From contig VYGS01000094.1 of the NCBI GenBank assembly GCA_009841725.1, positions 3,114 through 67,113 of the forward strand: DNA of 64,000 nucleotides, read 5' to 3'. Position numbers and translations under genes: made by a program. This stretch comes from Gammaproteobacteria bacterium. Its GTDB lineage: Bacteria; Pseudomonadota; Gammaproteobacteria; Arenicellales; Poriferihabitantaceae. The notes under the pieces were generated by a model that did not search any database, had not been told where the DNA came from, and saw only the letters and a list, made by a program, of their open reading frames with translations. Below, piece by piece: positions 1 to 8,151 of this stretch (positions are counted from its first letter, which is position 1; each line of letters opens with the position of its first letter).

Positions 1-852
1 AACACCCGACGCGATCGGCAAGGCCAGGGTCGCTGTCGTCAACAGGGACCGATAAGCCGCAAGCAAGAAAGCGAGCACCAGCACAATTGCCGCCAGCGTA
101 AGGCTCAGGCCATCCCGCTTGATGCTTTCGGATGTCTCCGTTGCAAACACCGCGGGCCCGGACAGAATCGCGCCCAGTCCCGGCACCCTGATCTCGTCAT
201 AAATATTCCGGATAGCCTGTGTGGCATCCAGCTGGTTTTGCATATCCGAAACATCCGCCCGGATCTCGCAGAGGATCAGGGTGCGCTTGCCGTCACGGGA
301 AAACCAGACGCCCTGCCTTTCGCTGGGCTGCTTGTAGCGGGACACCTTGCCTTGCCAGAATTCAAGAAGTTCCAGCACCTCACCTGTCGGGTCCTGACGG
401 ACATACTGTTTCTCAAGCGGAGATGCTGCCGAGGCCAGACCGGCCAGCCTGTCGTGCAGCGACTCGCTGAATCCCCCGGCCGAAAATCTTTCGTGCAGGT
501 CGCCGCGGGTAAGCAGATAACGATTCCGCTCGATAAATTCCAGCATGTCTGCCCCGAGGTTCGAGGAGTTGTTCACCGCTCTGCTGAAAAGACCCGTAGC
601 CCTGATCCTGTCCAGCATCCGATTGTTCAACTGTGCAAGCTCCCGGGCGGGGAGTCCGGTCAGGGCGATCAAAACGAGGCTGCTTGATGCGCTGTTGTCG
701 AGCTGCTGCCGCAACAGGCGGTCATACAGGGTTTCTGCGTTGGGCAGAAAAATTCCAAGGTCCGATGAATGATCGAAACGGATGAGGGTAAACAACGCCG
801 CAACCGCCAGCGCGACCAGCATTGCCGCCGCCTTGATATTGACCGATTTCAC
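1..852 (-). CDS. MMPL/RND-type predicted exporter membrane protein, N-terminal 284 codons (3' end lies beyond window start)
   Basis: Not in the ORF track because it is open at the window edge. Hand translation of the minus strand from GTG at 852..850 gives an uninterrupted frame to nt 1. It reads VKSVNIKAAAMLVALAVAALFTLIRF (N-terminal TM helix), then a long soluble loop, then LSLTLAAIVLVLAFLLAAYRSLLTTATLALPIASGV (TM helices). It lies directly downstream of a LolA-like gene, a pairing typical of lipid-export clusters. Confidence 0.55.
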   Translation of the reverse strand, partial: MKSVNIKAAAMLVALAVAALFTLIRFDHSSDLGIFLPNAETLYDRLLRQQLDNSASSSLVLIALTGLPARELAQLNNRMLDRIRATGLFSRAVNNSSNLGADMLEFIERNRYLLTRGDLHERFSAGGFSESLHDRLAGLASAASPLEKQYVRQDPTGEVLELLEFWQGKVSRYKQPSERQGVWFSRDGKRTLILCEIRADVSDMQNQLDATQAIRNIYDEIRVPGLGAILSGPAVFATETSESIKRDGLSLTLAAIVLVLAFLLAAYRSLLTTATLALPIASGV

Positions 853-949
853 AACCCGATCGGCGCAGCCCTTGCCCTCACCGGCAAGTCAGGATATCGA
901 GCGATACCGGACAACGGCAGAACCGGCCCGGATTCAGCGCCCAATCCGG

Positions 950-1630
950 TCATGACGGGAAGACATGGTACTTGAGCTTCCGGTAAGCGAGTTCCAGTAT
1001 CGTCTGATCATCGTCTGCCTGGACCGTGACAATCCTGCGCAGGAACGCTCCGGATCCCGTCAGATTGATCTCCTTGATATGTGCGAGAGCGTTCTCCGAA
1101 TCCGGGACCAGCTTCAGATTCCAGCCCGACATCGGGCCGGACAAATTCAGCCGAAAGCCATTGTGCAAAGCCTCATAATTTCCGGAGATCATGTTTCGGA
1201 AACTTTCTATCGAGGCCTTGAGCACGGGATGGGAATCGACAGAATAGACTTGGGAGATGACGGTTTTTTCCTGATCGTGTCCCGATGTGAGGGTTTTGTC
1301 TATGATCATCGAATCACCGTCGATCACGACCCGCTCGGTAAATGGGGACACGGTTCGTTTCTCGATGTAGTCCGGCGACCGGTACAGGATCTGTCCGCTT
1401 GAGACGGTATCGATGAAGAGCAGGACCGACTGCTTGGTTTCAGTGAACTCGATAGAGGCCGTCTCGACATTTGCAAGCCGGCTCATCAGCGCCCGGATCG
1501 TCCATTCCGCCGAATGGCCTTGGTCGGGGGAAACGTCTGCAGGACAGATTGAAGCCATGAATCCGAAAAAGACACCGGCCACCACTGAAACGGCGCGTGA
1601 ATACCTGATTCTGGGTACGTGGTCTGACAT
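950..1630 (-). CDS. LolA-like outer-membrane lipoprotein carrier family protein (secreted)
   Basis: Taken from ORF 950..1864, trimmed to the internal ATG at 1630 (MSDHVPRIRYSRAVSVVAGVFFGFMASICPADV), which supplies a signal-peptide-like hydrophobic N-terminus. The rest is beta-rich and about 200 aa, the size of LolA-like proteins. It is adjacent to the MMPL exporter gene. Confidence 0.5.
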   Translation of the reverse strand: MSDHVPRIRYSRAVSVVAGVFFGFMASICPADVSPDQGHSAEWTIRALMSRLANVETASIEFTETKQSVLLFIDTVSSGQILYRSPDYIEKRTVSPFTERVVIDGDSMIIDKTLTSGHDQEKTVISQVYSVDSHPVLKASIESFRNMISGNYEALHNGFRLNLSGPMSGWNLKLVPDSENALAHIKEINLTGSGAFLRRIVTVQADDDQTILELAYRKLKYHVFPS

Positions 1631-1839
1631 CAATCCTGCACTGTGATCGCGTCCATGCATACCGGGAACTCCTTGAACCTCCGTGAAACCGACATTGGAA
1701 ATGGGACTCCCATCGGCCAATTGTAACCTCAACATACGCCGAATACTGTTTGTCCATTGCTGAAATATTCCCGAACCGTGACAAGGCCGATTTTTCAAGC
1801 CGGCGCCGATTCCATTGGCGCGTCCACGAAATCTCCGGA

Positions 1840-2913
1840 TCAGGCCCGCGGGAGAACAGGACAACGGTAATAACGGGCAATCAGAACGCTCGTCAGCAAC
1901 AGCATTGCCCCGGCCTGATGTGCGACGCCCAATGCCGTCGGCACGACATTGACCAGAGCGGCAATGCCCAGGGTCAGCTGACTCGCCAGCATCACGATCA
2001 TCAACAGAGACATCAGTCGGTCAATCCCCCGGTTCCTGCGATAAACGGCATGTGAATAAAGAATGACGATCACTGCAACCGCCAGTGCCAGTACGCGATG
2101 GACAAACTGGATCGCTACCGGATTCTCGGACAGGTTGAGCCAGACCGGCTCCAGAGCGAGCAGCTGTCCGGGTATCCATTCGCCGCCCATGGTCGGAAAC
2201 GTATTGAAAATGAACCCGGCATGTGTTCCGGCCATCATTCCCCCGCTTGCGATCATGACCAGCACGAAAACAATGGAAACCGTGCCGAACCGATCCACGC
2301 GTCCCGGTGCGGACACCGGCCGGACGGGACTGAGCAGTCCCGTTATCAGCCTGATCATGTAGGCGTAAATGACCACCGCCACCAGCAGATGCAGTGTCAG
2401 CCTGTACTGGCTGACGGCGGGATTGTCGACCAGCCCGCTTTTCACCATGTACCACCCGATCACGCCCTGGACCGCACCCAGGACAAACAGTCCCCACAGA
2501 CGCGGTATCAATGCCGCATCGATCTTCCGCATCAGCAGAAAGCAGAGAAAGGGAATGAGGAAAACCATTCCCGCGAGGCGGGCCAGAACCCTGTGCGCAT
2601 ATTCCATCAGGAAAATGAACTTGAAACCCGCCAAATCCATTCCGTAGTTTACTTTCCTGAATTCCGGGAACTGTCGGTATCGCTCGAATGCTTCGAGCCA
2701 TTCGGCGTTCGAAAGAGGCGGAAGCAAGCCGGTGAACGGCCTCCAGTCGACCATCGACAGCCCGGAACCGGTCAGTCGAACCGCGCCGCCTAGGAGAATC
2801 AGCGAAAATACCGTGAGACTGCACACGCACAGCCATGCGGCAATCCGGATGCCGTCATGCCCGCGGGGGTTGGAAACTCGCGAACGCTTCACGAATTCGA
2901 AAGGGGAGGTCAA
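1840..2913 (-). CDS. ctaA: heme A synthase (COX15/CtaA family)
   Basis: 357-aa polytopic membrane protein. The N-terminal motif GGAVRLTGSGLSMVDWRP and the MEYAHRVLARLAG His motif are typical of COX15/CtaA. Confidence 0.8.
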   Translation of the reverse strand: MTSPFEFVKRSRVSNPRGHDGIRIAAWLCVCSLTVFSLILLGGAVRLTGSGLSMVDWRPFTGLLPPLSNAEWLEAFERYRQFPEFRKVNYGMDLAGFKFIFLMEYAHRVLARLAGMVFLIPFLCFLLMRKIDAALIPRLWGLFVLGAVQGVIGWYMVKSGLVDNPAVSQYRLTLHLLVAVVIYAYMIRLITGLLSPVRPVSAPGRVDRFGTVSIVFVLVMIASGGMMAGTHAGFIFNTFPTMGGEWIPGQLLALEPVWLNLSENPVAIQFVHRVLALAVAVIVILYSHAVYRRNRGIDRLMSLLMIVMLASQLTLGIAALVNVVPTALGVAHQAGAMLLLTSVLIARYYRCPVLPRA

Positions 2914-2949
2914 GTCGTATGCCGGACAGGTCGGGACGCGATCCTTTCG

Positions 2950-4167
2950 CTAATCCCGCCACTTCCGGAATACCAGGGAGCAGTTGGTTCCGCCGAAACC
3001 GAAGCTGTTGCTCATGGCAAGATCAAGACCGGGATGCTCGGTGGCGGCCGTCACGATGGGAAATCCCCTGGCCTCGTCATCGATGTTCTCTATGTTGGCA
3101 GAACCGCAGATAAAGTCGGACTCCATCATCAGCACGGTGTAGATGGATTCGTTGACACCCGCCGCACCCAGGGCATGGCCGCTCAGCGACTTCGTGGCAC
3201 TGATCGGCGGACAGTCATGCCCGAAGACATCCCTTATCGCTTCAAGCTCGCGAATGTCGCCAACCGGAGTGCTGGTGCCGTGCGCGTTGATATACTGGAT
3301 CGGCTCGTCAAGACCCTCGATGGCCTGCCGCATGCACCGTGCCGCGCCCTCCCCCGAAGGCTGGACCATGTCGTACCCGTCGGAAGTGGCCCCATAGCCC
3401 ACGAGTTCCGCGAGAATCCTGGCTCCCCGTCTCTGCGCGTGCTCAAGTTCCTCAAGCACGACCACGCCCGCACCGCCGGAAATGACAAATCCGTCACGAT
3501 CCCGGTCATACGGTCTGGAAGCACGGTCCGGGGCATCGTTGTAGGACGAGGACAGTGCGCCCATCCCGTCGAAGAGTACCGACAGGGTCCAGTGCAACTC
3601 TTCGCCGCCCCCTGCGAACACCACATCCTGCTTGCCCATCTGGATCAGTTCGCCGCCGTGGCCGATGCAATGGGCGCTGGTCGAACAGGCCGAACTGATG
3701 GCATAGGAAACGCCCTTGATCCTGAATGCAGTGCCGATGCATGCCGGGACCGTGCTGGACATGGTCTTGGTGACCATGTAGGGGCCGACCCGCCTCACTC
3801 CTCTTTCTCTCAGGATATCGGCACTTTTCACGATGTTTTGCGGCGACGCCCCGCCTGTCCCGAGCAAAAGCCCGGTGCGCTCGCTGCTGACGTCTTTCTC
3901 CGGCAAGCCGGATTGCGCGATGGCTTCTTCCATGGCGACATAGCTGTAGGCTGCGGCATCGCCCATGAACCGATATATCTTTCGGTCGATCCTGGAGGCG
4001 AGATCGATATTCATCTCGCCATGAACCTGGCTGCGCATTTTCAGGTCGGCATATTCCTCCGAGAACACGATCCCGCTTCGTCCCTGACGAAGCGATTCCC
4101 TGACCTCCCGGCAATTGTTGCCCAAACTGCAGACAATGCCCATCCCTGTTATGACAACTCGCCTCAT
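2950..4167 (-). CDS. fabB: 3-oxoacyl-ACP synthase I (KAS I)
   Basis: 405 aa. It has [18 protein letters not shown], active-site [22 protein letters not shown] and a C-terminal [15 protein letters not shown]. It lies immediately downstream of fabA. Confidence 0.95.
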   Translation of the reverse strand: MRRVVITGMGIVCSLGNNCREVRESLRQGRSGIVFSEEYADLKMRSQVHGEMNIDLASRIDRKIYRFMGDAAAYSYVAMEEAIAQSGLPEKDVSSERTGLLLGTGGASPQNIVKSADILRERGVRRVGPYMVTKTMSSTVPACIGTAFRIKGVSYAISSACSTSAHCIGHGGELIQMGKQDVVFAGGGEELHWTLSVLFDGMGALSSSYNDAPDRASRPYDRDRDGFVISGGAGVVVLEELEHAQRRGARILAELVGYGATSDGYDMVQPSGEGAARCMRQAIEGLDEPIQYINAHGTSTPVGDIRELEAIRDVFGHDCPPISATKSLSGHALGAAGVNESIYTVLMMESDFICGSANIENIDDEARGFPIVTAATEHPGLDLAMSNSFGFGGTNCSLVFRKWRD

Positions 4168-4286
4168 TGGCCGGTTTCAATAGCGAAGGACTGACAAGGA
4201 CACACCCGCCGTATTCTTCGGTCGGTCATGCAGTCTTGCAGATGCCGGACGGGCGCTGGACCCTGGCACCGTTATTGTCGGGACGA

Positions 4287-4865
4287 TCATTGTACATCTC
4301 CGCTGTCCGTCGCAATGGTCTCACTGTATCCGGCAGCGGCATTCTGAAACAGGCCCACCCGAAGATCCTTGCACCGGTACACGATTTGATTGTCGACGCT
4401 CACCTGTCCGTCCGCAATGCCCATCACCAGCTTGCGCATGATCACACGCTTGAAATCAATCCGGTAGATGACCTTTCGGTTATTGGGCGTAATCTGGCCG
4501 ATAAACTTGATCTCTCCGGAGCCCAATGCCCTGCCATGTCCCTGACCTCCACGCCATCCCAGGGAGAAGCCGACCAATTGCCATAGAGCATCCAGCCCCA
4601 GACAGCCGGGCATGACCGGGTCGCCTTCGAAGTGGCACCGAAAGAACCACAGATCCGGCTTGATGTCGAGTTCCGCTGTAACCATGCCCTTTCCGAATTC
4701 GCCGCCATTGTCGTCGATATGGCTGATCCGGTCGAACATCAGCATATCCGGCAACGGCAGTTGGGCGTTGCCTGGACCGAACATCCGACCGTGGGCGCAT
4801 TCAAGCAATTCCGCCTTCGAATAACTGTTTTTCTTGATATTCAAACTCAAATCCGCACGATCCAA
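4287..4865 (-). CDS. fabA: 3-hydroxydecanoyl-ACP dehydratase/isomerase
   Basis: Contains [30 protein letters not shown], the FabA signature. The start is uncertain: TTG at 4865, or TTG at 4844 giving [10 protein letters not shown], which would match the E. coli N-terminus length. Confidence 0.93.
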   Translation of the reverse strand: MDRADLSLNIKKNSYSKAELLECAHGRMFGPGNAQLPLPDMLMFDRISHIDDNGGEFGKGMVTAELDIKPDLWFFRCHFEGDPVMPGCLGLDALWQLVGFSLGWRGGQGHGRALGSGEIKFIGQITPNNRKVIYRIDFKRVIMRKLVMGIADGQVSVDNQIVYRCKDLRVGLFQNAAAGYSETIATDSGDVQ

Positions 4866-4983
4866 AATCCGAATGATTCTTCATGACGACCGACCTTAAG
4901 CCGCCGCGCCAACATTGCCCTGTTCTTCGGAATCCGATTCGCAACCACCGACTAAAATTATATCTCAAGCAAGCTTCGGAACC

Positions 4984-6042
4984 TTATCCGCCGATGTAGG
5001 ACATTTCGACTTTTTGGCTGGCACGCCCATCAGAGGGCGAATCCAGATTGGACATCCGGTCCATGGAATAGCGGTCCTCCCGTTGCAGCCACAGACGCCG
5101 GAGCCGCTCGAGAATCTCATCGTCCTTCAGATTTCCGTCCAGTAGCGGCCTGAGATCATATCCCGAAGAAGCAAACAGGCAGGTAAACACTTCGCCCTTT
5201 GCGGACAGTCTGGCACGGGCGCAATCGGTGCAAAACGGTTGGGTGATCGAGGAGATCACCCCGATTTCTCCCTGGCCATCCACATATCGCCAGCGCTTTG
5301 AAACCTCGCCCCGGTAGTTCGCCCTGATCGGTTCGAGCGGATAGACCGGGTTGATCAGATCAATGATTTCCCGGGCCGTGAAAACCTTGTCGAGGTCCCA
5401 CCGGTTGTGATTGCCGACATCCATGAATTCGATGAATCGCAGGACGGCCCCCGTATTCCGGAAGTATTCGCACATGGGCAGAATGTCGTCTTCATTGACG
5501 CCTTTTTGCACCACCATGTTGATCTTGATCACATCGTATGGAACGTCCAGTGCATTGCGGATGCCGTCAAGAATGTCCTGGAGCGGAACCGGAACCTGAT
5601 TGATCCGCGCATAGATTTCCGGGTTCAACGCATCAAGACTGATGTTGAGCCGACGGATGCCCGCCTCATGCAGGGATGCGGCCCGCTCGGAGGTCAGCAG
5701 CGATGCATTGGTCGTCAGGGCGATATCCCTGATGCCGTCGATTCCGGCTATTCTCCGAATCAGGTCCTCCAGATCCTGGCGAAGCAATGGCTCGCCGCCA
5801 GTCAGCCTGATCTTGTGCACACCCAGATTCGTGAAGATGCCGACCAGACGCTCAATATCCTGGTACTTGAGCAGGGCATTGGAATTCAGGAACGAGTAGT
5901 GCTTGCCGAATACATCCTTCGGCATGCAATATCCGCAACGGAAATTGCATCGGTCGGTGACCGAGATCCGCAGATCCTTCAAGGGGCGATTCAGTCTGTC
6001 TGTAACCATTTCTGCGGGAGCGTCGTGTAAATCAACAGTCAT
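4984..6042 (-). CDS. moaA: GTP 3',8-cyclase (radical SAM, molybdopterin/tungstopterin biosynthesis)
   Basis: Has the CNFRCGYCMP radical-SAM motif, a C-terminal CTDCARARLSAKG second-cluster motif and a GG terminus. It lies 33 nt downstream of the aor accessory genes. Confidence 0.95.
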   Translation of the reverse strand: MTVDLHDAPAEMVTDRLNRPLKDLRISVTDRCNFRCGYCMPKDVFGKHYSFLNSNALLKYQDIERLVGIFTNLGVHKIRLTGGEPLLRQDLEDLIRRIAGIDGIRDIALTTNASLLTSERAASLHEAGIRRLNISLDALNPEIYARINQVPVPLQDILDGIRNALDVPYDVIKINMVVQKGVNEDDILPMCEYFRNTGAVLRFIEFMDVGNHNRWDLDKVFTAREIIDLINPVYPLEPIRANYRGEVSKRWRYVDGQGEIGVISSITQPFCTDCARARLSAKGEVFTCLFASSGYDLRPLLDGNLKDDEILERLRRLWLQREDRYSMDRMSNLDSPSDGRASQKVEMSYIGG

Positions 6043-6075
6043 CGGATATTCATGAACGAACCGGAGCGACGGGAT

Positions 6076-6327
6076 TCACCCTCCCTGTATGGCTGGCCAC
6101 ACCGACAACACATCTCCGTCATTCAACGGCTTGTCCCGGTCCTCCTCTCGCAAGAACGTGCCGTTCAGCATCATCGTTCTCACTTCGGCCGTCGGCACTT
6201 TCAGGCGCATCATAACCTCTATGGGGGTAGGAGGCGATTTTTCAATCAACTCCAATGAATTGCCCGTTGTTCCGGGGGGGAGGTTCTCCATCAGGCTGGA
6301 AAACAGCTTTACAGTTACTTTCACCAC
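6076..6327 (-). CDS. MoaD/ThiS-family ubiquitin-like sulfur-carrier protein (paralog 2)
   Basis: 83 aa with a GTG start and the C-terminus ...GDVLSVWPAIQGG (diglycine). It is clearly paralogous to the 6626..6880 product. Its start overlaps the upstream stop by 1 nt (TAGTG). Confidence 0.75.
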   Translation of the reverse strand: MVKVTVKLFSSLMENLPPGTTGNSLELIEKSPPTPIEVMMRLKVPTAEVRTMMLNGTFLREEDRDKPLNDGDVLSVWPAIQGG

Positions 6328-6629
6328 TATCCCCCACCTCGATGAAGGCGTGTTCTGAACCTTTCGACAAACTCCGCATATTGCCGTTCGGTAAAATTCT
6401 CAAAATCGATCGTAACATCGATCACGGGCAAGGAAAGCGAGCCGATCCGCCGGTTCCTGTCGTTTGATATTACCAGCCGGGCAAGGCGCCCGTTGCACGA
6501 AATGGCGACAACCCCGTCATCCTGGAGACTGGTTTCGTAGGGTGACACCGCGGAAGGAAGTTCCCGCAACAACTCCCTCCGGGAATAACCCATCTCGGCA
6601 CGGTACAGGCAGCATCCGTTCGCGCTCAT
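6327..6629 (-). CDS. hypothetical 100-aa protein ending in RGGG, sandwiched between two MoaD-like genes
   Basis: ORF 6327..6629. Its start overlaps the upstream MoaD-like stop (ATGA) and its stop overlaps the downstream MoaD-like start, which indicates translational coupling. I recognise no family motif. Confidence 0.55.
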   Translation of the reverse strand: MSANGCCLYRAEMGYSRRELLRELPSAVSPYETSLQDDGVVAISCNGRLARLVISNDRNRRIGSLSLPVIDVTIDFENFTERQYAEFVERFRTRLHRGGG

Positions 6630-6880
6630 CCGCCCGCGACCGGCGGCCAGACTGCGAGGACATCGGAATCCCGCATCGGCGTGTCCCTGGCCGCCGGGTC
6701 CAGAAAAATACCATTCAAAAGAACCAGATGCACCTCCCGTTCGGGAAGCCGAAAACGTTCGATCAGCCGATTCGGGGTGGTGTCATCCCGAACCTCGATC
6801 TCAATCGCATTCTTCACGGCCCCGGAAGGAAGATATTCCGCCAACGAGGCAAACAGCTTGAGAGTGACGTTCATCGCCAA
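6626..6880 (-). CDS. MoaD/ThiS-family ubiquitin-like sulfur-carrier protein (paralog 1)
   Basis: 84 aa with the C-terminus ...SDVLAVWPPVAGG. It lies 26 nt downstream of the FAD subunit gene. Confidence 0.75.
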   Translation of the reverse strand: MAMNVTLKLFASLAEYLPSGAVKNAIEIEVRDDTTPNRLIERFRLPEREVHLVLLNGIFLDPAARDTPMRDSDVLAVWPPVAGG

Positions 6881-6906
6881 CCATCCGGTTCATTCGCCGC
6901 GAGGTG

Positions 6907-8151
6907 CTAGGCACCCTGGGTCGCGGCCAGATAGGCTTCCATGATCAGCAGCGGATTATCCATCAAACGGGATTTCCAGTGACCCAGCCTGAACTGCCCC
7001 TGGATCAGCCCACGCAAGACACCGATGTGTTGGGTGATCCCCAGAGTGTTGGCGCCGATCAGCTGATCGCCCGCGAACTGGAGACTGATATACCGGTAGC
7101 CGTCCCGGTCAAGCAGTGAAACGCTGTCGCCGCCCTCGATTCCCTCCCATTGTCCGTACGACACGGATATCAGCCCGATGGTGTCGAGAACGTTCATGTT
7201 GATGCAGCCCTGGTGCGTCACCGAGCCGTGACGAACCATGTTGGACGCGGCGATCCGGCCGTGCTCGACCGCGGTCGGCTGGATCGCCTGCACCGAATAG
7301 TCCCCGGTCGAGAAATCCCTGCCGCAAGCGGCGTCTCCCGCAGCATAGATACCCGGAACCGACGAACACATGTGCCGGTCAACCACCACCGCGCCACCGG
7401 ACAGCTCGATCCCCGTTCCTTCGAGGAATCCGGCATTCGCCCTGACCCCTGCTGCGGAAATCACCAATTCCGCCTCGACTTCCCGGCCTCCGCTGATCCG
7501 CACTGCGGCCACATCGTCGCGATGCTCGATCGACTCGACCTGTGCCCCGGTCATCACGTTGACTCCCTTCTCCCGGCACCAGTCCTGCAACATGGCACCG
7601 CAGGTTTCGTCCAGCATCCGGGGGACCATCCTGTCTCCCATCTCGACCACCGTCAGATTGGCGCCGGATGCGACAAGCGCCTCGAGGATGATGCACCCGA
7701 TAAAACCTGCACCGATCAGCAAAACGGATGCGCCCGGCCGAAGTCCCTCTGCAATTTTCCTGGCATCCTCGAGCGTCCAGCAGGTGGTTACCCTCTCGCC
7801 ATCAATTCCCGGAACGGGCGGCAGAATCGGCGTCGAGCCGGTTGCGACCAGTAATGCATCGTAAGCCATTTCCCGGCCATCGGAAAGCCGTAGCGATTTT
7901 GCGGAGGAATCGACCGATGCGACCGACCCATGCACCACCTCGACCGAATCTTCAAAATGTCCCGGGGCCTTTCTCAGGTAAGTCCCCTGCTCATCAATGT
8001 TCCTGATGAGCAGGTAGGGGATGGCCATCCGCGAATACGGCGGTTCAGGCTCGTCTCCGACGATGACAACCTTCCCGTGAGGATCAAGTTTGCGGATCGT
8101 TTCAGCCGCGACGACCCCGGCAGGGCCGGCGCCCACGATGACATAGGTCAT
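6907..8151 (-). CDS. aorC: FAD/NAD(P)-binding pyridine-nucleotide-disulfide-type oxidoreductase, AorC-like subunit
   Basis: Has MTYVIVGAGPAGVVAAE (GxGxxG) and a second dinucleotide fold, LLIGAGFIGCIILEAL. Its start overlaps the AOR stop by 4 nt. The symbol is assigned by analogy to the Aromatoleum AorABC enzyme. Confidence 0.75.
   Translation of the reverse strand: MTYVIVGAGPAGVVAAETIRKLDPHGKVVIVGDEPEPPYSRMAIPYLLIRNIDEQGTYLRKAPGHFEDSVEVVHGSVASVDSSAKSLRLSDGREMAYDALLVATGSTPILPPVPGIDGERVTTCWTLEDARKIAEGLRPGASVLLIGAGFIGCIILEALVASGANLTVVEMGDRMVPRMLDETCGAMLQDWCREKGVNVMTGAQVESIEHRDDVAAVRISGGREVEAELVISAAGVRANAGFLEGTGIELSGGAVVVDRHMCSSVPGIYAAGDAACGRDFSTGDYSVQAIQPTAVEHGRIAASNMVRHGSVTHQGCINMNVLDTIGLISVSYGQWEGIEGGDSVSLLDRDGYRYISLQFAGDQLIGANTLGITQHIGVLRGLIQGQFRLGHWKSRLMDNPLLIMEAYLAATQGA

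Noticed and set aside
219-975. Several plus-strand ORFs (83-149 aa) at the window start
   Set aside because: They are antisense to the continuous MMPL exporter frame that runs from 852 to the window edge. Their translations are low complexity.
2857-4194. 445-aa plus-strand ORF opposite fabB
   Set aside because: It is an antisense shadow ORF. fabB on the minus strand has the complete KAS I signature set.
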